Below are positions 33,565-43,414 of a DNA stretch of 64,000 nt, piece after piece. The translations under genes were made by a program, and so were the position numbers. This stretch comes from an uncultured Methanosarcinales archaeon (GTDB lineage: Archaea; Halobacteriota; Methanosarcinia; Methanotrichales; Methanotrichaceae): positions 160,001 to 224,000 of the forward strand of contig CAWJKV010000003.1 in the NCBI GenBank assembly GCA_963843555.1. Reading direction: 5' to 3'. A model generated the notes under the pieces. It worked only from the letters and a program-made list of their open reading frames with translations, did not search any database and had not been told where the DNA came from. Each line of letters opens with the position of its first letter. Position 1 is the first letter of the stretch.

Positions 33565-33771
33565 ATGCGGCAAGTGATGATCTACCCCGGCGAGGACGAC
33601 TATTGGGTGGCAGAAGTTCCAAGTCTCCCTGGTTGCATCAGCCAGGGGAAGACCCGAGAGGAAGCCATCGTCAACATAAAAGAGGCTATCAATGCGTACA
33701 TCAATGCACTGGCTGAGGATGGCCTCCCAATTCCAGAAGAACGCTTTGAGGCTCTTCTGGCGGTTGTATGA
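33565..33771 (+). CDS. hicB: HicB-family antitoxin
   Basis: WVAEVPSLPGCISQGKTREEA. Confidence 0.95.
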   Translation: MRQVMIYPGEDDYWVAEVPSLPGCISQGKTREEAIVNIKEAINAYINALAEDGLPIPEERFEALLAVV

Positions 33772-33989
33772 GCAAACTGCCTGTCATATCCGGACGCGAA
33801 TGCGTTAAAGCTCTGGAGAATGCAGGCTTTTACTTTAAGAGGCAAGAAGGGAGCCATATTGTGATGAGGCGAGATGATCCCTTTTCTCAGGTAATAGTAC
33901 CCAATCATAAAGAGCTTGATCGAGGCACTCTGAGGGCAATCATCAGGCAGGCAGGTTTAAGCTCAAATGAGTTCTTGAAGTTAATATGA
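33768..33989 (+). CDS. hicA: HicA-family toxin
   Basis: RQEGSHI, VPNHKEL and GTLRAII; ATGA overlap with hicB. Confidence 0.95.
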   Translation: MSKLPVISGRECVKALENAGFYFKRQEGSHIVMRRDDPFSQVIVPNHKELDRGTLRAIIRQAGLSSNEFLKLI

Positions 33990-34052
33990 ATGTTGTATAC
34001 TTTTTCTTCTACTTGGTTTTCGTTTCCGCTTTCGCATAAAGGGCATCGCTTC

Positions 34053-34279
34053 ATAAATTGTTCCCCGCGGACGCGGGGTCAGGGGGGGCCGCCACGGCCT
34101 GGAGTGGGCCCCGTCACCCCTAGCGCGTAACACCGCGCGGAACCCCGGAAGAAGGAAGTGGAGATATATTTTAACTGCGTCTGCGATCAGGCAGACGCAC
34201 TTCTTCCGGGGTTCCGCGAGTCGGCCCGCGGCCTCCCGCGCTACTGTGGGGGCGCACCCTGCGGGGTGCAACGATGAAG
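34053..34279. repeat. Structured GC-rich repeat, copy 2
   Basis: Direct repeat of 33136-33433; perfect 17 bp stem 34137-34153/34201-34217. Confidence 0.85.
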
Positions 34280-34348
34280 CTGCAGACTATTAGTATGTCC
34301 CGATGTCTTGCCAAAAACCTGCAAAAAAAAGTTAAATCGCTCTCTTGC

Positions 34349-35051
34349 TCATCCTCGCATGAACTTGTCCCAGGCCGGGTAATTCTCCTTAAGGACAGTG
34401 CAGATGTCCTCCATCATCGCGAAAGGTATGCCTATCACTACGTCCTCATCCGCCAGCCCGGCGTTCTTCGCCGATCCATCGCAGCCCAGAGAAAAGTTCA
34501 CCTCGCCTTTGAGGTAGGGGGAGCTGGTGGCATCCACACAAAAGGACTGAATCCCGGCGGTATTGAAGGTCGAACGCCCTCCCTTTTTGAACTCAACCGC
34601 CTGCACAATTCTCCTGGCCTGAAGCGGATTGCCTACGAATATCACCACATCCGGATTCATCACCATCTTGTCCAGCGGAGCCACGTAAGTTGCGATTGTG
34701 CTGCCGGGAAGAAGTCGGGGCATATTGGCGGCGATGTTGGAGCCCACCTCCTTCGTCTCGCACTTATGCAATTTATCAAAGTACAGAGATCCTGATTGTG
34801 ATGTTCTCCGGGCATGCCTCCAGGCCGAGGCCGGATGAGCCTCCCTTGCATTCGTGGTAATCTGCATGCGCCAGGAAGCTTGTTCCCTGGAGCCTCGCTG
34901 TCTGGACCATGGAGCAGTACCGGAAGGGCTTCTCTATGATGTCGAGATCTTTGGGGATCTCCTCTTCGCTCTTGAACAGTCTCACGCCCACGATATGGTC
35001 CCTGATTCCCAGGGAGGACTTCAATACATCCGACATCTCTTCAAGATTCAT
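34349..35051 (-). CDS. DUF169-family protein (frameshift near 34795)
   Basis: YCSMVQTAR, CKGG and NFSLGCDGS motifs. Confidence 0.85.
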
Positions 35052-35213
35052 TATAGTACACCGGAGAATAAGAGGTCAGGATCGGATTTTACACTTGCGC
35101 TCTGGTGCGGGCTTAATGGTGATGGAGAGGAGCTTAAGGGATGTTGCCAAAAGACGGCTGGTAGTGAAGAAGATAATCCGCAGGTATTAAAAAGAAAGAA
35201 AAATTGGGAGTTC

Positions 35214-35651
35214 TCAGGCCACTTGGGCTTCCTCGGGATAGCGGGAGACGATATTGCCCTCAGCATCCGTCAAGGTTGCCGTGTCCCCTCCGTTGTTCCA
35301 GATGGATGAGCTGCGATTCCAGAAGAGATCTTCAGAGGTGTCATCTCCAATTCCTGTTCTGATCTTAACTTTGGCCCCTGCTGTTAGACTAAAATCCGGG
35401 AAGGTGTATGTGTGATTCTGCCCATCCTCCAGAACCCAGCCGGTCAGATCTGCATCCGACGAGCCATCGTTGTAGATCTCCACCCATTCCTCATTCAAGT
35501 TCTCTTTCTCCGGGCTGGGAGCTACGAAACTGGCATTGGTAATGGCGATCTGGATGTCTGTGCTGCTGTCCTCTTCCTGGCCCAGTGCTGTTCCGAGGAA
35601 CAGTACGGCGAGGGAGAAGATTAGCGTGCCTGCTGATATTCGATTATTCAT
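35214..35651 (-). CDS. Secreted lamin-tail-domain protein
   Basis: EWVEIYN, DLTGW and IWNNGGDTATL. Confidence 0.92.
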   Translation of the reverse strand: MNNRISAGTLIFSLAVLFLGTALGQEEDSSTDIQIAITNASFVAPSPEKENLNEEWVEIYNDGSSDADLTGWVLEDGQNHTYTFPDFSLTAGAKVKIRTGIGDDTSEDLFWNRSSSIWNNGGDTATLTDAEGNIVSRYPEEAQVA

Positions 35652-36247
35652 TTTTTTTTCTCCTTTATTTCTTCTCTAAGGTTTAGTATGATAAGTACCG
35701 ACTTAACTCATGTAATATAAATTTTTCTAAAGAGTTATACTTCTGAAGTGCTGGATCGATTTTAATCGATTAAACATTAAAGTAATAGATAAATAGTTTT
35801 AAGTGCTATCGATTATATATTCAGGTGAGAAGTAAAGGTGGGAGGTGCGACCATTTATTACTGTAATCATAACATGATGCAGATGTCTCAAAAAGAGGAT
35901 TGACCTTAGTCTCGCTCTTGCCTTCCTCTTCACAGACATTCCGTATTTGAGCCAGGATTTGATCCTTGAATCTCTTGTTGCCCACGAATTCTTTGTAAGC
36001 ATTTTACTACATATAAAAGTTTTTGATGTATAACTTGCGCGACATAGTGACCAAAAGGCCAAATGACTGCCCGATCCAGGCCAGCATAACCCCGAAGGGC
36101 TTGGCTGGGGCCACGCGCGCACGTGGGGGCGCGGGCGCCTGGGGCCGAGAAGCCGGGGGTCGATTTCAAGTTGCCAATTTCTCGGATAGTTTCTATCCCG
36201 TTATCTTGTTCACAGAAGCTGCCCCAATTTTTCTCCTCTAGGCCGGC

Positions 36248-36703
36248 TCACAACTGCCCTTTCTCCAACTGCCCCTTTTCCAGCATTTGCATCTTCTCTT
36301 TAGTCTCCGGACCCCAGGCAAATCCCCCCAGGCCCTTCCTGGCGACCACACGGTGACATGGCACGAGGACGGCAAAAGGATTCGTAGCCATGGCCCGGCC
36401 CACGGCGCGCGCGGCCTCTGGGCAGCCTGCGCAGACGGCAACCTCTCCATAGGTCATGGTCTCGCCGCGCCCGATCCCCTGCACCACGGCATAGATCCTC
36501 TTCTGAAACTCGGTGCAGGCCGAAAGATCCAGCTCTGCCGCAGGGCAGGGCGCGCCTCTCTCCAGGTAGGCCGCAATCCTTTCCGCCAACTCTGAGGGCT
36601 CCTCAGGTCTCTCTTTGGAAAAATAGATCCTTTTCACTTTTTGATCTGACCGCTCCACAAGGAGATAGAGACCCAAAGAGGGAACGAATGCGCCTTCGGT
36701 CAT
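36248..36703 (-). CDS. ogt: Methylated-DNA-protein-cysteine methyltransferase
   Basis: ARAVG and VPCHRVV active-site motif. Confidence 0.93.
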   Translation of the reverse strand: MTEGAFVPSLGLYLLVERSDQKVKRIYFSKERPEEPSELAERIAAYLERGAPCPAAELDLSACTEFQKRIYAVVQGIGRGETMTYGEVAVCAGCPEAARAVGRAMATNPFAVLVPCHRVVARKGLGGFAWGPETKEKMQMLEKGQLEKGQL

Positions 36704-37231
36704 CCTTTGATGATCTCCCGGAAGGTCTTGAACTGGCCCAGCTCGATCTTCTCCACCTTCAGGTCGGCGGTGTCCAGGATGGCGATACTGGAGAGGCCGG
36801 TGAAGTGGCCCCAGATCTCGCCCGGATTGATGAGCAGAGTCTTGCCCTGCCGCGTCACCTCGAAACGGTGGTTGTGGCCCCGGACCACTATATCGTAGAT
36901 CTGAGAGGCGACTACCGCCTTGACCAGCGGCTCCTCTGTGCCATGCATGAGGGCGATCCGCAGGCCGTCTGCCTCGACCTCACCGAAGTCGCCCAGGTAC
37001 TCTCCGCCCACGCGCGCAAACTCTCTGAAAAGACCGACACGATCTCCGTCGTTATTGCCGTAGACCAGCTTGATGGGAATGCCAAAGCCCTCGAAGGTGT
37101 AACAATTGCCCGAGCCTATCATATCTCCGGCAAAGAGCACCATGTTGACGTTTCTTTTGAGAAAATATCGATAGAGCATCTTTGACTCCTTGAATGCTGT
37201 CGTGTGCATCGGACATAATACCTATGAGCAT
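36700..37231 (-). CDS. MJ0936/YfcE-type metallophosphoesterase (frameshift near 37160)
   Basis: MSDAHD, AGD, GNND, HG, GHNH and NPGE motifs. Confidence 0.9.
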
Positions 37232-37345
37232 AAAATCACCCGGGCTCTAAATCCTCCTGGCTAAATCGCCCTGTTTATTGGATCGAGTGGGCCCTGATGT
37301 CATTGATATCGAGCCATTCAGGATCATATCGACTTTGCACTGACT

Positions 37346-38293
37346 CTAACTCGTATCTCCACCATCTTCCCAGTCACCAGCGCCAGCACCAGGATAACAG
37401 CTGCAGCCCTCAAGCAGGAGGTCCGTCTCCATCTTATTATTGGTTGCGCCCATCTCAATCGTCGCATTCAATGTATAGTCTCCAAAGAAGCTCTGATCAC
37501 CCTCGTTTATGGTCGTGACCATATCCGGAGCCGTCTGCTTGTATTTCAGATCAGTCATCCCGGAAGAGAAGGCTTCAATGTCATAATTCAGATGTTTTAT
37601 GGGGAGGAATTCTACCTTCACAACATCATTATTATCTGCAATCAGGGTGATATTCACGCGTGAAAACTCCATGCTGCTTCGCCTGACTCCGGAAAGCTCA
37701 GTTGCATAAAAAAAGGTCGCGGAAACGTAATCACGGTTGTTCGCAGATAGGTCACGATCGTTGATCTCCTTTCCTTTGTAGACAACTGCCTCATCCGATT
37801 GAAAATGCACCGGCCAAACCTCTGTAAAGTTGAACTCATAGAATGGGCTTCCAGAAGGCTTTAGTATCTCCCGGGTTATAGGCTCCTCAGCCTCGGCAGA
37901 TAATTTGGTATATTTTTCAGATTTTATCTCACCCTGAAAAGCACTTCGCCTCTGCTTTACGGCAACATCATTGAGATCAATGTCAATATACTTTGAGTGG
38001 CTGCCGCTCACTATCCTGCCTTGCGGCGTTGCCTCAATCCCGGTGATATTTCCTCTGCAATAATCCTGCAGTTCAAAGCTTATCGTCTCACTTTGCCTCT
38101 CTATTTTCCAGCTGCCAATATTCGCATACCAAGAGGTGGCATGGGTAGAGGGAGGCAACGATATAAATAGCATAATAAATAGCACAATCAACAGCAAAAC
38201 AATCCGCAAAATTCTTTTGTTATCCAGTTTGGCCTTGAATAAAATGCGCATGAAAGCCATATCGAGCTTCCATGCATCTTTGACGAACAGCAT
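37346..38293 (-). CDS. Secreted/membrane-anchored hypothetical protein (paralog of 62772-63632)
   Basis: Hydrophobic N-terminal segment; shares YxGxxINxR...NNxD motif with the paralog. Confidence 0.75.
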   Translation of the reverse strand: MLFVKDAWKLDMAFMRILFKAKLDNKRILRIVLLLIVLFIMLFISLPPSTHATSWYANIGSWKIERQSETISFELQDYCRGNITGIEATPQGRIVSGSHSKYIDIDLNDVAVKQRRSAFQGEIKSEKYTKLSAEAEEPITREILKPSGSPFYEFNFTEVWPVHFQSDEAVVYKGKEINDRDLSANNRDYVSATFFYATELSGVRRSSMEFSRVNITLIADNNDVVKVEFLPIKHLNYDIEAFSSGMTDLKYKQTAPDMVTTINEGDQSFFGDYTLNATIEMGATNNKMETDLLLEGCSCYPGAGAGDWEDGGDTS

Positions 38294-38318
38294 GAACTGA
38301 TGGAGTCCTCAATAGAGC

Positions 38319-39017
38319 TTAAGCAGGTCTTAATATGCTTAATTTGCTCGTGGTTTTGGACTTGGTTGCGGTAACCTCGGTATTTGTCTGTGTTTTTATT
38401 GCTCTGGAGGACATAAGTGTGCTGCTCGAGCTTTGAGTGGAAAATTTTCTATTGGCCTCTGAAAAGACGCTGAATAGGGTCCTTGAGGGCACAATTGCCG
38501 TCTGATTGGCTGAGACAGACGTATCCGTGGCATTGCCCTGGTTGGAATAGCCGGTCAAAGAGCCAGTTGGAATTCTTAGTCCCACTTTTGTGGATTGCCC
38601 TAAAGAATTCCATGCCTGAGCAGAACATTCTATATCGTTTCCTTGATCTACAACCAGCGACTCAGCGACTCTAATTTCTTCGTTAGCCTTGTTTACGATT
38701 TTAAAATCATGGGCGTGATAGACGCTATTCGACATTTTGGCTATCAAGCGCACGTGCTCGCCGCCATTCAGAGAGTCAAAAGACTCATTGAAGTCCAGGC
38801 TTCCACCTCCAGCCACATTCGAGTTAGTGGAGTAGTATTCAGGACTTGCCACAGTGCTGCTGGCAAAGGCGTTATCGATACCCGCATTTAACCCGGAGCT
38901 TTCCGATGCGCCTCTTATTCCATTAGATATGCCCATGGAGAAATCTAGCCCATATGCTCCTGGCAGAAGGAGAATAATGGCAGAAACCAAAATGAAATAT
39001 GTCCTTAAGTAACTCAT
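38319..39017 (-). CDS. Secreted Ser/Thr/Asn-rich hypothetical protein
   Basis: 232 aa ORF with signal peptide and SD GAGG. Confidence 0.75.
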   Translation of the reverse strand: MSYLRTYFILVSAIILLLPGAYGLDFSMGISNGIRGASESSGLNAGIDNAFASSTVASPEYYSTNSNVAGGGSLDFNESFDSLNGGEHVRLIAKMSNSVYHAHDFKIVNKANEEIRVAESLVVDQGNDIECSAQAWNSLGQSTKVGLRIPTGSLTGYSNQGNATDTSVSANQTAIVPSRTLFSVFSEANRKFSTQSSSSTLMSSRAIKTQTNTEVTATKSKTTSKLSILRPA

Positions 39018-39670
39018 ATAAATAACCTCGCTTTGTTACGTAACATAAGAACGTAAGACTATAAAATTATGCTACCTTTTCTTAGTATTTCCCATCAGTA
39101 CTGCCCAGCACCATTATAGTACCACGATATTTCGAAATTTGATTCCTTCTCACCAATTTGGCGAAGAGGCGCATCAACTGCACTTCAACGCAAGGGCAAT
39201 ACGAGCAAAGCATTGCCTGTAGAAACCCGAAATTATTTTGCACTTGCTCAAAGTCCGAACTCGACATTTGAACGGAGTATTGAATAAGCAAAAAAAATCC
39301 ATTTGGGTTATTCGCGAAAAGAAGGCAAGCGTGAAAAACGAGCAAGATAGACAAGGGCGTGAAAATAACGCGCCCGAGCGAGTCCAGCAAATCGGGAAGC
39401 ATTATCTCGATGCAGGAATGGAGCAGATTATTGCGAAGACACTTGGTTCTCACATAGCCCTATCATGCAAAGACGGCTCAGCTTGTCGTTTTGGCATATG
39501 CTCACTGCAAATTTGAGGCAAGGATGGACGTGAGGTAAGTAACAATGAAGATCTATAAAAATATTAAAATATTCCATATAATCCGGTGTGATGCAAATGA
39601 TTCAGGACTGCACACAAGCAAAGCATTGCCCGAAAGGTCTAAGTACAAGGAGTAACCTGGTAGCGAGAGG

Positions 39671-39778
39671 CCCGCCTTAACTCAGCCTGGTAGAGTGCGC
39701 GGCTGTAGTATGTCTCGCACCGTAGAGGTGCTACGCGCAGTCACCGCGATGTCCCCGGTTCGAATCTGGGAGGCGGGA
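39671..39778 (+). tRNA. tRNA-Tyr(GTA) with 34 nt intron (39709-39742)
   Basis: CCCGCC...GGCGGGA acceptor stem; GTA at 39705-39707; bulge-helix-bulge (CTGT/GCAG helix, AGT and TCA bulges) at canonical position 37/38. Confidence 0.95.
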
Positions 39779-39786
39779 TCTGTTGT

Positions 39787-39859
39787 GTCCGGATGGTGTA
39801 GTGGCCCATCATGAAAGCCTGTCGAGCTTTCGACCCGGGTTCGAATCCCGGTCCGGGCG
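39787..39859 (+). tRNA. tRNA-Asp(GTC)
   Basis: Anticodon arm AAAGC-CTGTCGA-GCTTT; T-loop GTTCGAATC. Confidence 0.97.
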
Positions 39860-40103
39860 TTTAATACAGATATGAAATTGGGAAGAGCTTGCATTGGCTA
39901 TCGCTTTTCTCCATCTCTTTTTCATGTTTTTTTAGGGGCTATTTGTAGTCATCCTGAAATGTGCTCCGCCCGGCAGAATCCTGTCATTCGGAGAAATGTT
40001 GAAGCACCAGGCCTGCAAGTCGAAATAGCCTCTATCTCGAAGTACAACGTCGCCATTTTTTTAATGGATCAAATCGAATAATAAAAAAAAACGCGGCTCC
40101 GGC

Positions 40104-40646
40104 CTAGCTGACGGCCAGAGTCTTGATTATTTGAGTGGTATTATCCCTATCAAGTAACGATACCAACACGGCATAAGTGGATCTATCCAGGTCCCAGACG
40201 GCCATGTCGTAGCTGCCGCCAAGCATCTGAATCCGCTCATCCTCGGTGCTCATGGTGTGGACGGTCACATTATTTCCCAGGGAACTCACAGCGGTCCAGT
40301 TTCCGATCTCAGAATCGCCTCTGGCTTCAACAGCAGACATGCCCCCGACCAGGAAAAGCTCGGAAAGACTGCCGGGACTCATCTTGCCTAAGACTTCATC
40401 ATAGACGCTCATGACGGATACGAATGCCGCTCCTGCTGTGGCTGTGTTGTTGATTAGGAAGTCCTGGGAGGCCATACCTTTGCTACTGGCGTTAAATGCG
40501 CCGCTGTCAATCTCAAAGCTCGGTCCCAGATCCACGGATAGGGCCTTCTCCGAGACTGTGAGAACCTTCGATTCCAGGGCCAAGGTTGGCAAGGCCAGGC
40601 AGGCCAGGAAAAGCATGACCGATATAAAAGCTGCAAAAGGCTTCAT
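40104..40646 (-). CDS. Secreted hypothetical protein
   Basis: 180 aa ORF with signal peptide and SD AGGAG. Confidence 0.75.
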   Translation of the reverse strand: MKPFAAFISVMLFLACLALPTLALESKVLTVSEKALSVDLGPSFEIDSGAFNASSKGMASQDFLINNTATAGAAFVSVMSVYDEVLGKMSPGSLSELFLVGGMSAVEARGDSEIGNWTAVSSLGNNVTVHTMSTEDERIQMLGGSYDMAVWDLDRSTYAVLVSLLDRDNTTQIIKTLAVS

Positions 40647-40750
40647 TTTTGTAACTCCTTTTGATCGGATTGATGTGGATAGTATAAAGATTTTTCTACA
40701 CTCTCAATAATATATAAAATCTTACTATAAAACTCTGTGATTCCAGGCCT

Positions 40751-41185
40751 TCAGATGGCCTGGATCTCCTCTTTCGTCGCGATCTTGACGTTCTTCTCGC
40801 CCAGCACCTTCCGGCCTTGGCGATGTCGTCCACCCGCAGGATGAGCATGGCACGCTGAGCTTTCGCCGTAACAAAGGCATAGGCGTAGTCCACATTCACG
40901 CTGTTCTGTCCCAGGGTATTGACTATCTCGTAAAGGCCGCCAGGAGTATCCTTCATCTCCACTGCCAGAACATCGGTCATGGAGACGGTGAAGGCGTTCT
41001 CCTTCAGGACTTTGTAGCCCTTCTCCGGGATCATCCAGTACCATGCGAATGACTCCGAAGTCGCCGGCCTCGGCGATGGTCAGAGCGCGTATGTTCACAC
41101 CTGCATCAGAAAGCGTTTTTGCAACCTTGGCCGTCCTTCCCGGCCGGTTCTCCACAAAGAGCGAAATTTGCTTGATCTCTTCCAT
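40751..41185 (-). CDS. Tandem ACT-domain protein (frameshifted)
   Basis: QISLFVENRPG, DTPGGL and NVDYAYAF; follows a paaK-like gene. Confidence 0.9.
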   Translation of the reverse strand: MEEIKQISLFVENRPGRTAKVAKTLSDAGVNIRALTIAEAGDFGVIRMVLDDPGEGLQSPEGERLHRLHDRCSGSGDEGYSWRPLRDSQYPGTEQRECGLRLCLCYGESSACHAHPAGGRHRQGRKVLGEKNVKIATKEEIQAI

Positions 41186-41209
41186 CTTGAAAGCCTCCTG
41201 CACCTTCCA

Positions 41210-42514
41210 CTAAACCTTCCTGTTATCTGTCACTCTCTTGGCCTTACCCATGGACCGGGGGATGGTTCCGGGCTCGACCAGATCCACTTCTGCAGCTATG
41301 TTCAGCACGCCTTTTAATTCCTTTGAGACTTTCTTCTTCAGCTTCATCAGGTCGCCGATCTTATCGGAGAAGCCGGACTCGGTCAGCTCCACGCGCACCG
41401 TCATCATATCCAGAGGCCCCTGGCGGTCCACCACGATCTCCCAGTGGTCGCCCACCTCAGGAATGTTCATCAGGACCGACTCCACCTGGCTCGGGAAGAC
41501 ATTGATGCCGCGAATGATGAGCATGTCGTCTGTGCGGCCCAGAATCCTCATGATGCGCGGGTGCGTACGGCCGCATGCACATGTCTCATTGGTTATGATG
41601 GATAAGTCGCCTATTCTGTAGCGAATGAGGGGCAGAGCGAATTTATGCAAAGTGGTGAAAACCAGCTCCCCGGTCTCGCCTTCAGAGACCGGCTCTCCTG
41701 TCTTCGGGTCTATGACCTCGGTCAGCAGCATATCTCCCCAGACGTGAATTCCCTTCTTCTCCTGGCACTCAGTGAACAGGGGTCCCGATATCTCGCTTGT
41801 CCCGTAGATGTCATAGGCATTGATTCCAGTTGCGTCTTCGATTCTCTTGCGGGTTTCAAGGGACCAGGGCTCGGCTCCGAAGATGCCCACCTTAAGATGA
41901 GTATCATTCCGGATGGAGATGCCCATCTTCTCCGCCACCTCCATGATATGCAGGAAGTAGGAGGGCGTACAGGCGATGGCGGTCGAGCCCAGATCCTGCA
42001 TCAGCTCAATCTGGCGTTCCGTGTTGCCCGTGCCGACCGGCAGTACAGCGGCGCCGATGCGCTCTGCGCCGTAGTGCAGCCCCAGGCCGCCGGTGAAGAG
42101 GCCGTAGCCGTAGCCTACCTGGACCACATCGTCCCGGCTGAGGCCGATGGATGTCAGCGCTCTGGCCAGGGACTCCGACCAGGTCTCGATATCTCCTTTG
42201 GTGTATCCCACTACGGTTGGCTTTCCAGTGGTGCCGCTGGAGACGTGGTAGCGCACTACCTGGCTCTTGGGAGCGCTGAACATGCCTGTAGGGTAGTTGT
42301 CCCGCAGGTCCACCTTCCTGGTGAAGGGCAACTTTGTGACATCGGCCAGGGTTTTAATGTCGCCCGGCTCCACGCCTGCCTCTTTGAATCTCCGCCTATA
42401 GAAGGCAGAGTGATCGTAGACATAGCGCACTATGGACTTGAGCCGATCCTCTTGAAGGGCATGCAAATCCTCGAGAGGCATGCGCTCAATATGCGGATCC
42501 CAGTAACCAGACAT
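41210..42514 (-). CDS. paaK: Phenylacetate-CoA ligase family
   Basis: SSGTTGKP, YGTSEI, RYRIGD and GRTDDMLIIRG. Confidence 0.92.
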   Translation of the reverse strand: MSGYWDPHIERMPLEDLHALQEDRLKSIVRYVYDHSAFYRRRFKEAGVEPGDIKTLADVTKLPFTRKVDLRDNYPTGMFSAPKSQVVRYHVSSGTTGKPTVVGYTKGDIETWSESLARALTSIGLSRDDVVQVGYGYGLFTGGLGLHYGAERIGAAVLPVGTGNTERQIELMQDLGSTAIACTPSYFLHIMEVAEKMGISIRNDTHLKVGIFGAEPWSLETRKRIEDATGINAYDIYGTSEISGPLFTECQEKKGIHVWGDMLLTEVIDPKTGEPVSEGETGELVFTTLHKFALPLIRYRIGDLSIITNETCACGRTHPRIMRILGRTDDMLIIRGINVFPSQVESVLMNIPEVGDHWEIVVDRQGPLDMMTVRVELTESGFSDKIGDLMKLKKKVSKELKGVLNIAAEVDLVEPGTIPRSMGKAKRVTDNRKV

Positions 42515-42627
42515 TGATGATCAACCTGAGGCGATGAAGACCAGGGTGAATAAAAAGCAATCGATTCGTCTCTCATCATTTTTCTTTCAAAAAGATTTAA
42601 ATCCATTATGGCATTGTTTCATGCAGT

Positions 42628-43215
42628 TTGGATGCCAAGGCTGGAGCAACAGCACAAGTCAACTCACAAGAGACCACACAAGTCGCAATCCTCTGCCAAA
42701 GGCCAGAGCGGAACGGGAGATCATGGAACATCTCAATCTTCACCACTGGAAGAAATCCAGGCCATCTGCCCAACAACTTGGCCGTGGAGAAAATCCGCTC
42801 AGGCATTTCGAATATCAGAAACCCAATCCTGGTATCCTATGTAGCCAAAGGCCTGCTGCCCTACAAAGGATTAGGATCAGGAATTAAACGCGCTCTGGAG
42901 GACTGGCCGGATATCAGTTTCACCGACGACCGAGAAGGATCCATGTTCATCGCCACCGTCCACCGAAAGGAGCTTGAAGGTCTTGGGTCGTCGGAAAAAG
43001 ATTCCCAGAAAAGTACCCAGAAAAGTACCCAGAAAAGTACCCAGAAAATCATCGAACTCATGCAGAATGATCCGGCAATTACCATCACAGAGCTTGCGCT
43101 CCGCGTAGGCATTACAGAGTGGGCCATCAAGAAGCAAATAAGAAAAATGAAAGCGCAAGGTCGCATCCAGCGCATCGGCCCGGATAAGGGCGGCCATTGG
43201 CAGGTAGCAGAGTGA
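42628..43215 (+). pseudogene. C-terminal fragment of AlbA_2/RecG-C-type regulator with wHTH
   Basis: NPGHLP...RNPIL...GLGSGI and RIGPDKGGHWQV; N-terminal domains absent. Confidence 0.75.
43004..43048 (+). repeat. 12 bp coding tandem repeat (CCCAGAAAAGTA)x3.75
   Basis: Encodes SQKSTQKSTQKSTQK. Confidence 0.9.
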
Positions 43216-43414
43216 ACTCAATCATGAAAGCAATGATCAATGAAGAAGAACAATCCCTGGTGCACAAAGCAGTGGCGATCGAGATGATGGAACTGAAGGA
43301 TGGCAAAGTCAAGACTTGCTCCTTCCAGGAAGTGAAGAAGAGCATTTCATCGAGAAACGAGCCCTGACCTGCGCGAAACGCTCATCCTCCAGTTCCCTGG
43401 TGACAAAAAGCCGT

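Noticed and set aside
33136..34279. CRISPR array suggested by a GTTCCCCGCG repeat-like start
   Set aside because: Only two copies 917 bp apart with long extended homology; no spacers or cas genes
36248..36283. 15 bp duplication at the ogt 3' end (LEKGQLEKGQL)
   Set aside because: Simple local tandem duplication with no associated element
39082..39516. Overlapping ORFs upstream of the tRNA pair
   Set aside because: No recognisable motif on either strand; possibly a gene remnant
39709..39742. tRNA-Tyr intron as a novelty
   Set aside because: Canonical 37/38 BHB intron, common in archaea
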